A stretch of DNA of 30,865 nt from a virus (IMGVR_UViG_3300030708_003349:1-30865), one strand, 5' to 3'. Shown: positions 19,180 to 27,053, counted from the first letter of the stretch. The notes: generated by a model not told the origin, from the letters alone. Numbers and translations are program-made.

Positions 19180-19407
19180 ATGGAAAGTATCGAAAAGCAT
19201 ATTGAAAAAGACAAGGAGATCTTGCATGATCCCACTGTCTCACCACAAATGCGTCGTCACATTGAAGGTGAATTGCACGATTTAGAAGAATATGCGGAAC
19301 ATCATAAGAAAGAAATTGAAGCAGGTGACCATCACGATCCATCATACCTTGAGTTGTTCTGTGACCAGAACCCATCAGAACCTGAATGTTTGATCTATGA
19401 CGATTGA
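19180..19407 (+). CDS. cp12: CP12 Calvin-cycle inhibitor (cyanophage auxiliary metabolic gene)
   Basis: C-terminal LELFCDQNPSEPECLIYDD CP12 signature; lacks the N-terminal Cys pair. Confidence 0.92.
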   Translation: MESIEKHIEKDKEILHDPTVSPQMRRHIEGELHDLEEYAEHHKKEIEAGDHHDPSYLELFCDQNPSEPECLIYDD

Positions 19408-19409
19408 GT

Positions 19410-19467
19410 GTGACAGTTGAATAAGTGGCACACGGGGCAGCAATGCCCCTTTTTTATGCCCTATAAT
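19410..19467 (+). promoter_or_regulatory. Dyad promoter module
   Basis: GTGACA-N10-TGGCAC (19410-19431), 30 nt, TATAAT (19462-19467). Confidence 0.8.
19434..19455 (+). terminator. Rho-independent terminator after cp12
   Basis: GGGGCA-GCAA-TGCCCC followed by T6. Confidence 0.8.
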
Positions 19468-19492
19468 TACAGAGTAATCAAGCAAAGGCATC

Positions 19493-19921
19493 ATGGGCAC
19501 TCGTTCCTTGATCGGTAAGCAACTGAAGGATGGTAGCATCTTGGGAGTCTACTGTCACTGGGATGGTTATCCTTCCTACAATGGTCGCATGTTGCGTGAC
19601 AACTTCGACACTGCTGATAAGGTCAACAAACTGATCGATGGTGGTGATATGTCCTGTACCTGGACAAATGCAGGTTGGAACAATGAAACTCTGCCAGAAT
19701 CTGGTCCTTTGTATTATACAAGCCGTGGTGAATCTATTGAAGATAATGAACCACGACTCTACAAAGATCTGAATGAGTTTATGTGTGCTGCCGATCACAA
19801 CTACGGTGCAGAGTATACCTATCACTACACTAGTGCGGGATGGGTCTGTCACAATCTCAATGCTGGTCCCGATCGTCACATGGTCAAGCAGGTTGAAATT
19901 CCTGCTGGTCCAGTTGCATAA
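19493..19921 (+). CDS. Phage protein with YCHWDGYP motif
   Basis: MGTRSLIG...VYCHWDGYP...EYTY; widespread phage family of unknown function. Confidence 0.85.
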   Translation: MGTRSLIGKQLKDGSILGVYCHWDGYPSYNGRMLRDNFDTADKVNKLIDGGDMSCTWTNAGWNNETLPESGPLYYTSRGESIEDNEPRLYKDLNEFMCAADHNYGAEYTYHYTSAGWVCHNLNAGPDRHMVKQVEIPAGPVA

Positions 19922-19964
19922 GTGTCACAGGGCATCCTGAAACCCCATCAGGATGCCCTATAAT
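19907..19964 (+). promoter_or_regulatory. Dyad promoter module with 12-bp perfect stem in spacer
   Basis: GGTCCA-N10-TGTCAC, AGGGCATCCTGA/TCAGGATGCCCT, TATAAT at 19959. Confidence 0.8.
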
Positions 19965-19989
19965 GTATCCATACACAAGGGAACCTCCC

Positions 19990-20436
19990 ATGACCACCGA
20001 ATTCGCAGACTACGTTGCTCAGCAGGATGCACGGAACACGATTCAACTAAATGTCCGTAAATGGACTATGATGCTGTGTGATGCCCTTGAGCACAACTTC
20101 ACTGAGTATAAGGTCCGTTCCTACAAGCGGTCTGCCAACCTTGCAGATCGTGTTGAGGAGAAGGCATACTATGATCTGAAGATCAAGGAAGCACAAGAAA
20201 AGTGTGACGTTGAATTCACCATTGCCGAAGGTCGTAAGTACCTGAAGATCATGTTCAAAGATTCTGGTGGTGGTAGCAGTGTTCATGCCTTTGTTGATCG
20301 GAAGACCGGTGAAGTTTACAAGGCAGCATCATACAAAGCACCCGCCAAAGGTGTACGTTTCGATCTGCGATTGATTGAACAACGTGAGTGGGTCTTCAAA
20401 AACTGCGATTGGGCAGGTGGTTATCTTTACAAGTGA
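19990..20436 (+). CDS. Phage protein of unknown function
   Basis: GRKYLKI...SVHAFVD..TGEVYKAASYKAPAKGVR motif. Confidence 0.85.
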   Translation: MTTEFADYVAQQDARNTIQLNVRKWTMMLCDALEHNFTEYKVRSYKRSANLADRVEEKAYYDLKIKEAQEKCDVEFTIAEGRKYLKIMFKDSGGGSSVHAFVDRKTGEVYKAASYKAPAKGVRFDLRLIEQREWVFKNCDWAGGYLYK

Positions 20437-20441
20437 TTGAC

Positions 20442-20618
20442 ATGACTTTTTCAAAACGACAACTGAAGAAAGCGGCAATGTATTCATTGTCCATTGGATT
20501 GATCATCCCTGCCGTATCAGGGATCTTCTATCTTGTTGCACTGGCACCAGCACCGATTGCATTTGGTGCTATACTGGGATTGATTACTTTCCCGGCATTT
20601 GTATATGTTTTCCGATGA
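20442..20618 (+). CDS. Small two-TM membrane protein
   Basis: Basic N-terminus then two hydrophobic stretches. Confidence 0.7.
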   Translation: MTFSKRQLKKAAMYSLSIGLIIPAVSGIFYLVALAPAPIAFGAILGLITFPAFVYVFR

Positions 20619-20749
20619 CATCTAAGGAAAAACTAATCTTTGTTGGTTCATTCGTCTGGTTAATGCACTGGGGCACATGTCTTACATCACTCATTCTGGA
20701 TACGGTTATTCTGAAGAACTCTGTGAGAATGTTACCTCTTGGTTTCTGA
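20615..20749 (+). CDS. Small hydrophobic protein (44 aa)
   Basis: Manually translated; ATGA coupling; overlaps next gene by 73 nt. Confidence 0.5.
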   Translation: MTSKEKLIFVGSFVWLMHWGTCLTSLILDTVILKNSVRMLPLGF

Positions 20750-21159
20750 ATAACTTCTTTCCACGTCACATAATTGATGTGGAGATTGTTCATCGTGACT
20801 TAAAAGAGGAACTTGTTCGTGGTTATTGTGATGTTTCATCATATGCGAATAATTATCGTCCCCGTGACTTTCTCATTGAACTTGATACTTACATGACAAA
20901 GGAGTTGTATATAAAAACTCTTTTGCATGAACTGACCCATTTGGCGCAGTGGATCCGTGGTTCACTGCGTCATCGTTATGGAAAATTGTGTTATTGTAAA
21001 ACACCAGTAGAGAATTGGGACTATTGGCATCAACCACACGAAGTCGAAGCACGGGAAGAAGAGGAGAGACTATACAACTGGTGGTTGACTGACACATTTG
21101 ATGTGCCAGAAGACAAGGTGGCACAGGGATCGTTCCCAAACCGTCTCTGTGCTCTATAA
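20677..21159 (+). CDS. Putative zinc metallopeptidase (HExxH)
   Basis: TLLHELTHLAQ and downstream YWHQPHEVEAR third-ligand motif. Confidence 0.82.
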   Translation: MSYITHSGYGYSEELCENVTSWFLNNFFPRHIIDVEIVHRDLKEELVRGYCDVSSYANNYRPRDFLIELDTYMTKELYIKTLLHELTHLAQWIRGSLRHRYGKLCYCKTPVENWDYWHQPHEVEAREEEERLYNWWLTDTFDVPEDKVAQGSFPNRLCAL

Positions 21160-21160
21160 T
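21103..21160 (+). promoter_or_regulatory. Dyad promoter module inside the 3' end of the peptidase gene
   Basis: GTGCCA-N10-TGGCAC, 30 nt, TATAAT at 21155. Confidence 0.8.
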
Positions 21161-21186
21161 TACAAAGTAATCAAGGGAACACCACC

Positions 21187-21468
21187 ATGAACTACACTCT
21201 CGGACAACTTCAAGAAAACGTCAATCGACTGATTGAACAACAAGGTGAAGATGCACATTGTGCGGCATGGATTTACACTGCCGAAGATTGCACCATTGAA
21301 GATGTGGATGCCCAGACGATAGATTATGTTGCATTGGACAATCCTGAATTGTCGGAACGTATCTTCAATGAAATTGGCAACATTGATCACATCTATACTG
21401 TGATTCAAGAGTGTGTGGATGAAGTGACCGAGGAGGAATGGATGATGTATCAGCAGGAGTTGGTCTGA
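21187..21468 (+). CDS. Acidic hypothetical protein
   Basis: 93 aa after GTAATCAAGGGAAC leader. Confidence 0.8.
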   Translation: MNYTLGQLQENVNRLIEQQGEDAHCAAWIYTAEDCTIEDVDAQTIDYVALDNPELSERIFNEIGNIDHIYTVIQECVDEVTEEEWMMYQQELV

Positions 21469-21659
21469 TGGAGACGACGACGGCAACGTATCAGATCCAG
21501 GTAACGACTGATGAAGGGTCATTGTCTTTCTTAAGGACAATGCCCACACGTCCTAAGACCAAGAAAGGTATCAAGTCACAGAACACCAGATTGGAGAACT
21601 ATGCAAAGAAGCAGTATCCCAACTGGACTGAGATCAATGTCAGACTACTGACCAGTTGA
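21468..21659 (+). CDS. Small basic hypothetical protein
   Basis: AGGAG RBS, TGATG coupling. Confidence 0.75.
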   Translation: METTTATYQIQVTTDEGSLSFLRTMPTRPKTKKGIKSQNTRLENYAKKQYPNWTEINVRLLTS

Positions 21660-21707
21660 CGAACCGGCACAGTGATGGCACATTTGTCGTCCCTGTGCCT
21701 TTATACT
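21649..21707 (+). promoter_or_regulatory. Dyad promoter module
   Basis: TGACCA-N10-CGGCAC, GGCACAG/CTGTGCC stem, TATACT at 21702. Confidence 0.72.
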
Positions 21708-21731
21708 ATGTTCATCGAAACGGAGCACATC

Positions 21732-21998
21732 ATGCAACTGACCAATTCCGTGACCATTGTTGATTTCTTTCCTGAGGCTTTTATTGCCGAGGCAGATGAT
21801 ACCAAAGGAATGAAGGTGGTAATCAAACGATTCATCAAACGAGTCACCTGGAAGAAGAATGGTCTGAAGTCTTATAGTGTCGTTGGTATGATCGATGCCA
21901 AACACGAATGGGCATCACGAATTGCCAATGGTTCTGAGGTTACTGGTTTCAATGTCAACAAGATGCCACAATCAGAATATATGCCTATGATGTGCTAG
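21732..21998 (+). CDS. Hypothetical protein
   Basis: GGAG RBS after promoter module. Confidence 0.78.
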   Translation: MQLTNSVTIVDFFPEAFIAEADDTKGMKVVIKRFIKRVTWKKNGLKSYSVVGMIDAKHEWASRIANGSEVTGFNVNKMPQSEYMPMMC

Positions 21999-22029
21999 AA
22001 TAGATAATGTGTAGAATTAAGGGATACAG

Positions 22030-22245
22030 ATGACAAAGACGGAATTATCTATTGATCTCAATGTGCAAGAACTAGGTGTTATTATCAGTGCACTGGAACT
22101 ATTAGACTTCCGTGATGAAAATCAAATTGCCAAAGATTATGGTAGTGCTCCTTCATTGTATAATCGATTGAATGAGATCTACGGACAAATGGACCAAACA
22201 ATCTGCGGCACAGAAACAGATCCAATTTGCGAACCTTCATTTTAA
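22030..22245 (+). CDS. Hypothetical protein
   Basis: 71-aa ORF. Confidence 0.75.
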   Translation: MTKTELSIDLNVQELGVIISALELLDFRDENQIAKDYGSAPSLYNRLNEIYGQMDQTICGTETDPICEPSF

Positions 22246-22247
22246 TT

Positions 22248-22463
22248 ATGGACAAGAAAGTAAAAGAACTCATGTTGGCATATATGGACTGGCAAAGGCA
22301 TCAACCCAAAGATCATCATGAGATTGAAACTCCTGATTACAAAGTGGTGATTGATGGTATTGAAGTTGATATTCCGACAGAGGAAGATCTTCTAACATCA
22401 TTTGAACGTGAAGCGGCAGAATTAGAAGTGACGGTTGATTATTACATGGAAGAGTTCCTATGA
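22248..22463 (+). CDS. Acidic hypothetical protein
   Basis: Ends EREAAELEVTVDYYMEEFL. Confidence 0.75.
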   Translation: MDKKVKELMLAYMDWQRHQPKDHHEIETPDYKVVIDGIEVDIPTEEDLLTSFEREAAELEVTVDYYMEEFL

Positions 22464-22612
22464 TGGATAAAAGGACAAAGTTAATCCTTGCCAAACACCA
22501 GGTCGAAGGTATCATGTGTTTGATCAAGGATAACCCTTATGAACAGTATATGTTTATGCATTTGAATACGGTGTATTATGAACTCAAACGACAGTTATCT
22601 TTACCTGATTGA
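22460..22612 (+). CDS. Small hypothetical protein (50 aa)
   Basis: Manually translated; ATGA coupling. Confidence 0.7.
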   Translation: MMDKRTKLILAKHQVEGIMCLIKDNPYEQYMFMHLNTVYYELKRQLSLPD

Positions 22613-22802
22613 CTATTGGGCAGGAGAAGGGTTTATTGCATTGATAGCATCTGATAATCAGGAAGTATTACAACTGATAGAAGATGAAGAATCATTCGAC
22701 ATCACAAACCCCGAAAGTATGATGAACAGCATTGTTAATGCACAAAGATTTAAGTTGTCAGATGAATATGAATCTGATATAATAGATGCAATCATTCTCT
22801 AA
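22578..22802 (+). CDS. Acidic hypothetical protein
   Basis: 74-aa ORF. Confidence 0.7.
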   Translation: MNSNDSYLYLIDYWAGEGFIALIASDNQEVLQLIEDEESFDITNPESMMNSIVNAQRFKLSDEYESDIIDAIIL

Positions 22803-22808
22803 AGAACA

Positions 22809-22976
22809 ATGACTCAAGAACCATTATTCAGAATAGAAGAAGAAGGAACTAATGGATGGTTTCCTCCTGAAGACTGTGATGTCATGTTGACTAAAGAACA
22901 GTGTAGAGTAAGGTACAATCAATTACTCAATGATGGATGGGCTCCTGATAGACTTCGTATTGTTCGTGATCGTTAA
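22809..22976 (+). CDS. Small hypothetical protein (55 aa)
   Basis: Manually translated MTQEPLFRIEEEGTNGW... Confidence 0.72.
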   Translation: MTQEPLFRIEEEGTNGWFPPEDCDVMLTKEQCRVRYNQLLNDGWAPDRLRIVRDR

Positions 22977-22982
22977 TCTCTA

Positions 22983-23267
22983 ATGAATTATATTCCTCGT
23001 ATTGATGATTATGTTAGGTGGAATCACAATGGTCATGTAGATGAAGGATGGGTTTATTTTAAGTGTGATGAGTGTATTAGTATAGAGGTAAGGGTAAAAG
23101 ATAAACCTAAGTGTGAGTATACTAGAGAAGAGAAACATAAAAAGATTCATGTTCTTGTAGTATGTCAGAACTGGTATTGGAATGAGTTAGAGTATGTGAA
23201 GAATAGAAGAGAGAATAGTATTGATGAGTATAAGAGTCAAGAGGGAAGATACTTAGATCCACAATAA
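22983..23267 (+). CDS. Hypothetical protein (SH3-like beta pattern)
   Basis: DDYVRW...EGWVYFK...ISIEV. Confidence 0.78.
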   Translation: MNYIPRIDDYVRWNHNGHVDEGWVYFKCDECISIEVRVKDKPKCEYTREEKHKKIHVLVVCQNWYWNELEYVKNRRENSIDEYKSQEGRYLDPQ

Positions 23268-23443
23268 ATTACTGTATCGGTTGATACATTTATAGTTAAA
23301 AAATAGGTTCTAAATGGTAATATAAATATAAAACTGTTTTTTGTGTTGGAGTTACTGTGTGGATACTCTGGAGGTACTTCAGGGTGTCTTTGCAGTGTTT
23401 TTATGGTCTTATAAACCTCTCAGTTCTTGTGAGTTTGGCCTGC

Positions 23444-23472
23444 ACTCTATCACACGAGGGCATAAAAGTCAA
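23444..23472 (-). promoter_or_regulatory. Leftward sigma70-type promoter TTGACT-N17-TAGAGT
   Basis: Reverse complement of ACTCTA (23444-23449) and AGTCAA (23467-23472). Confidence 0.6.
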
Positions 23473-23557
23473 GCACCCCCGCAGAAAAATACACAGATCC
23501 ACACATTTTTTTATATAAGAAGGCTATATATTATTATGAGAACTTATGAATCGTGCC

Positions 23558-23586
23558 TTGACTTATGGGCATGATGTCAGTATAAT
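23558..23586 (+). promoter_or_regulatory. Sigma70-type promoter TTGACT-N17-TATAAT
   Basis: Near-consensus hexamers and spacing. Confidence 0.82.
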
Positions 23587-23610
23587 ACAAGACCAATCTC
23601 GACGAGAAAC

Positions 23611-23811
23611 ATGTACGACGACTACGATCTCGACTATACATATAGCAACGAGTTTTATGCATACGATCTCGACGAGATGGTTGAGAATCATATGCATAAT
23701 ACAGTACGAGATATGCATGATTCATACGAGATGCTTATGGAAGACAGTGACGATGATTATGCACGAGATTCATGTGACTATAACGACCTTGCATATCGGC
23801 ACTATGCATGA
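23611..23811 (+). CDS. Asp/Tyr-rich acidic protein
   Basis: 20 D/E and 11 Y in 66 aa; follows promoter. Confidence 0.7.
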   Translation: MYDDYDLDYTYSNEFYAYDLDEMVENHMHNTVRDMHDSYEMLMEDSDDDYARDSCDYNDLAYRHYA

Positions 23812-23841
23812 TAGAATAAGCAAACACCGCACGGGGATCTC

Positions 23842-23994
23842 ATGTACGCACACAAACGAATCGTTAGTGTAACACTAGACATCGAGTGTTATGAAGATTT
23901 GGAACTGGAGGAACTGGACTGGCGAGAAGTCCTAGATCTCCAAGGCGATGAGACCGTAGATGTAACGATCAAAGAACCAGCAGAAATCTTCTGA
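23842..23994 (+). CDS. Small acidic protein (50 aa)
   Basis: Manually translated; GGGGA RBS. Confidence 0.72.
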   Translation: MYAHKRIVSVTLDIECYEDLELEELDWREVLDLQGDETVDVTIKEPAEIF

Positions 23995-23995
23995 T

Positions 23996-24053
23996 GTGAC
24001 ACTTTCTGAACTGTCCACTGGGTATTGACACCACCTCTTCTTCGTCTTATATT
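23996..24053 (+). promoter_or_regulatory. Dyad promoter module with -35
   Basis: GTGACA-N10-TGTCCA, TTGACA (24025)-N17-TATATT (24048). Confidence 0.8.
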
Positions 24054-24076
24054 TGGCACAAGTTCAAACCACACCC

Positions 24077-24214
24077 ATGAACGACTTCGACACCATTGAC
24101 ACTGATCTCTGGCATGAGATCATGGAGACTCCAGGAGAGATCTTCGACATCCCCGAAATGCAGGATGATGTGGTAGACTTTGAGAAAGCACTCAACTCCG
24201 ACGAGGACTTCTGA
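24077..24214 (+). CDS. Small very acidic protein (45 aa)
   Basis: Manually translated; 16 D/E versus 1 K/R; TGATG coupling. Confidence 0.75.
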   Translation: MNDFDTIDTDLWHEIMETPGEIFDIPEMQDDVVDFEKALNSDEDF

Positions 24215-24414
24215 TGCAATTTCAAATCACACAAATTGAGTTTGATTTTGATGATGACCAGGGCACACTTTCTGCTGGTTTGCAAGAAGATCTAATCTGC
24301 GATGTTCGAACCACTATTTGGGAAGCATCTGATGAGGATGATCTCATCGAAGAGATCACATGTGCAACAGGTTGGTGCATCAAATCCATTGACTATCGTA
24401 TCATTCTGAAATGA
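24214..24414 (+). CDS. Acidic hypothetical protein
   Basis: IEFDFDDD...WEASDEDDLIEEITCATGWCIKSIDY. Confidence 0.8.
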   Translation: MQFQITQIEFDFDDDQGTLSAGLQEDLICDVRTTIWEASDEDDLIEEITCATGWCIKSIDYRIILK

Positions 24415-24659
24415 CAATGAACGACTCTGATCTTCATGCTCTCAAAGAGAACTATGCCGACATGATCGTGGACGGCATGGACATGAAAACCCTGGTATCG
24501 TTTGCCATTGACTCCATCATGGGGAATCTGGAAGACTACGACGAGCAGGAACTAGAAGAGGAAATCACCGATCTCTACGGTGAAGAAACATTTCAAGATC
24601 TTCTCCCCGGTGACACCGTTCAGGTATCATACGGAAGCACACCACAAGAGGCATCATGA
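24411..24659 (+). CDS. Acidic hypothetical protein
   Basis: IVDGMDMKTL...ELEEEI; ATGA coupling. Confidence 0.8.
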   Translation: MTMNDSDLHALKENYADMIVDGMDMKTLVSFAIDSIMGNLEDYDEQELEEEITDLYGEETFQDLLPGDTVQVSYGSTPQEAS

Positions 24660-24871
24660 GCATCATTGATTTTCGGTCTCAAGCACTAGAAATTGCTGAT
24701 GACCTTGACGCACACCAGCACATGCTGCTATGCTGTCTGAAGTACATGAGTCAAGACGATGTTGAGGACATGCTCAAGATCAATGACTACATCACTCCTC
24801 CAGAACTTGACGAGGAAGATGACAGTTGGTATACTGACCCTATGAGCAAGGCAAGTTACCACCACTACTGA
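24656..24871 (+). CDS. Acidic hypothetical protein
   Basis: CLKYMSQDDVEDMLKIND; GAGG RBS. Confidence 0.78.
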   Translation: MSIIDFRSQALEIADDLDAHQHMLLCCLKYMSQDDVEDMLKINDYITPPELDEEDDSWYTDPMSKASYHHY

Positions 24872-24936
24872 TATACTAAGTGGGGGTGATGCATCCCACT
24901 CAAAACACATCACATTTCCTTTACTACATTTTCATC

Positions 24937-25158
24937 ATGCAATTCGCAATCTCTGGTTCTTCTGCTATCGAAAACATCTCTGTTGACGATAACACTGCTA
25001 CCATCACTTTCAACGGTGGTCGTTCCTACGACTACACTGTGAATGATGTCACTGCTTTTGTCACTGCTCTGACCGATGTCATGAGTAAGCAGGAGTCCGT
25101 TGGTTCCTTCGTGAACAAGCAGATCAAGTCTGAAACTCTTCAAAAAGTTGCTGCCTGA
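24937..25158 (+). CDS. KTSC-like domain protein
   Basis: SSAIENI...ITFNGGRSYDY...ESVGSFVN matches the KTSC pattern. Confidence 0.65.
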   Translation: MQFAISGSSAIENISVDDNTATITFNGGRSYDYTVNDVTAFVTALTDVMSKQESVGSFVNKQIKSETLQKVAA

Positions 25159-25223
25159 TCTAGTCTAGAGTTCTCGACGAGACCAGAGTATATGCTACAA
25201 TGATCTCGTCGAGACACTCACCC

Positions 25224-25409
25224 ATGAACACAATCAAAGTCAAACCAATCTCGTCGAGAGCACGCAACAGGTTCTCGAATCTCATGGACAAGAACGAGAT
25301 CTGCATCATTGAGCAACGACGGGATGGTATGATGTTCCTCACATCACAAAACAAGAGGAATCATTTCTGGGTCAGGGTTGACAACGATCCCCATTGGATG
25401 CTACACTGA
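25224..25409 (+). CDS. Small basic hypothetical protein
   Basis: VKPISSRARNRF...FWV; follows TGC-TACAAT extended -10 at 25193-25201. Confidence 0.75.
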   Translation: MNTIKVKPISSRARNRFSNLMDKNEICIIEQRRDGMMFLTSQNKRNHFWVRVDNDPHWMLH

Positions 25410-25501
25410 CCATAAGAGGGAAGAGGTTTGCCCTCTCTTGCGTGAAAGTTACCTTGCGAGTCCTGTAGTGTATAACGTATTGGGCATAGTGGGTTGGTTG
25501 C

Positions 25502-25531
25502 TGACCGGGGGTGGTGCCCCGGTCATTTTTT
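25502..25531 (+). terminator. Rho-independent terminator
   Basis: TGACCGGGG-GTGGTG-CCCCGGTCA followed by T6. Confidence 0.85.
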
Positions 25532-25766
25532 AATGGATTGTAATAATTATTTCAAGGCTGGAGCAGTGTCGATGTGGTTACTTCGTCAACAGCAGTACCC
25601 CCTGCCTCCTCTGATTTCTTATAAGATACCACGGATCAGGGTGCTGTGCCGGGTAAGTGGACAGTTTTTGAACCGGTACATGGTCCCTTGTGCTCACCGG
25701 TTCCTAGGGGTCATTGTTGGCACATCGAACGGAACGCAACCGTTCACAACTTCATCCCTTCCTCCC

Positions 25767-26273
25767 ATGTCCACCATTCAAGTTCTCATCAACGGCAACA
25801 CTGTTCAGGGTGAACTTCAACACATTGCTCAAATCTTGGGCATGGTTTCTGATACTATCACCGCACCAGTTCCTGTCATTCAAGAACCCGAAGTAGAGTA
25901 TACTTTCTGGGATTCCTTGATTAAGACTGAATGTGCAAACGTTCTTCGGGAGTTCTATCCTAATGATGCCGATGAGAAGGCAATTTCTATTCTTGACGGT
26001 CTGAAAGTTTGCCGTCGGAATGAAGATTATCGGTTCCTTATTCCGACTTATTTTCAATTCGGTGCCAGTGACAATCTGAAGATTCGTCAACTCTTAAAGT
26101 TGGTATCTGCTGCCGATCGTATCATCCACTTCACCAACACCCGAGCATACACTAAACAGCAACTTTCTTCCCTTCGTAGTGAAGTTAAGTTCGCAAGAAT
26201 GTGTCCTGAGTGTGGTGCAATGGCAAATCGTTTTCACGATGCAATTATGAAAGATTCGAATGTGACGATCTGA
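25767..26273 (+). CDS. Hypothetical protein
   Basis: ATG 25767 preferred; the upstream part of the track ORF runs through a terminator and promoter. Confidence 0.75.
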   Translation: MSTIQVLINGNTVQGELQHIAQILGMVSDTITAPVPVIQEPEVEYTFWDSLIKTECANVLREFYPNDADEKAISILDGLKVCRRNEDYRFLIPTYFQFGASDNLKIRQLLKLVSAADRIIHFTNTRAYTKQQLSSLRSEVKFARMCPECGAMANRFHDAIMKDSNVTI

Positions 26274-26319
26274 GAACCGTCCACCGGGGCAGGATAATTG
26301 GTCGATTCTGCCCCATAAT
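26262..26319 (+). promoter_or_regulatory. Dyad promoter module
   Basis: GTGACG-N10-CGTCCA, GGGGCAG/CTGCCCC stem, CATAAT at 26314. Confidence 0.75.
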
Positions 26320-26342
26320 TGGATCAATCGCAACCACACCAC

Positions 26343-27008
26343 ATGCGAGTCGCATTCAACCCTGCTAGCAGCAATGCCCAACTGGGTCCGATCCCTGCTA
26401 GCACCACTGAACCCAAATCCTGCCCTTCCACTTGTCCACTTAAAGAGGTTTGCTATGCTAAGTTTCACTTCCAAGGTGCCAACTGGAGAAAGGTATCAGA
26501 AAAGGGCATGGAATGGACTGAGTTCTTATCAAAGGTCCGAAGAATCGCCCCAGGTGCTATCTGGAGACATAACGTATCAGGAGATTTACCTGCAGATTCG
26601 GATGGTAACATTAACATCGAAAAAGTTCGGGGTTTGGTATTGGCAAACCGTAGACGTAACGGTTACACCTACACCCACCACATTCTGAATGATGCTAACC
26701 TCCAAATTATCAAGGAAGCAAACAAAAATGGATTCACTATTAGTGCGTCTTGTGAATCAGTGGATGTGGCAGATTCTGTCATGACAAAGCACGGAATCCC
26801 TGCAGTTGCTGTTATTAACTCTGAAGAATCCCGCAGATTCTTTACAACAACCAACGGACGCAAAGTTGTAGTTTGCCCTGCCAAAATCCATGACAATGTT
26901 ACATGTGCAACTTGCGGCATTTGTTCTAATCCCGACCGTACAGTTGTTGTTGCTTTCCCTGCTCACGGTACGGCAAAAAAGAAAACTAATAGCATTGTGA
27001 CGGTCTGA
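26343..27008 (+). CDS. Cys-rich Gp88-like / radical-SAM-like Fe-S protein
   Basis: SCPSTCPLKEVCYA, WRHNVSGD, YTYTH, VCPA...TCATCGIC, FPAHG. Confidence 0.7.
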   Translation: MRVAFNPASSNAQLGPIPASTTEPKSCPSTCPLKEVCYAKFHFQGANWRKVSEKGMEWTEFLSKVRRIAPGAIWRHNVSGDLPADSDGNINIEKVRGLVLANRRRNGYTYTHHILNDANLQIIKEANKNGFTISASCESVDVADSVMTKHGIPAVAVINSEESRRFFTTTNGRKVVVCPAKIHDNVTCATCGICSNPDRTVVVAFPAHGTAKKKTNSIVTV

Positions 27009-27053
27009 TAGGTGGCACACAAAATGGGCACTGGTCACCCGGTGCTCTATTAT
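26997..27053 (+). promoter_or_regulatory. Dyad promoter module
   Basis: GTGACG-N10-TGGCAC, GGGCACTGG/CCGGTGCTC stem, TATTAT at 27048. Confidence 0.72.

Noticed and set aside
23341-23872. Track ORFs 23341..23574 and 23546..23872
   Set aside because: Overlap the divergent promoters and the better-supported 23611 frame
25494-25766. N-terminal extension of the 259-aa track ORF
   Set aside because: Spans a terminator, RNA candidate and promoter; ATG 25767 is the plausible start
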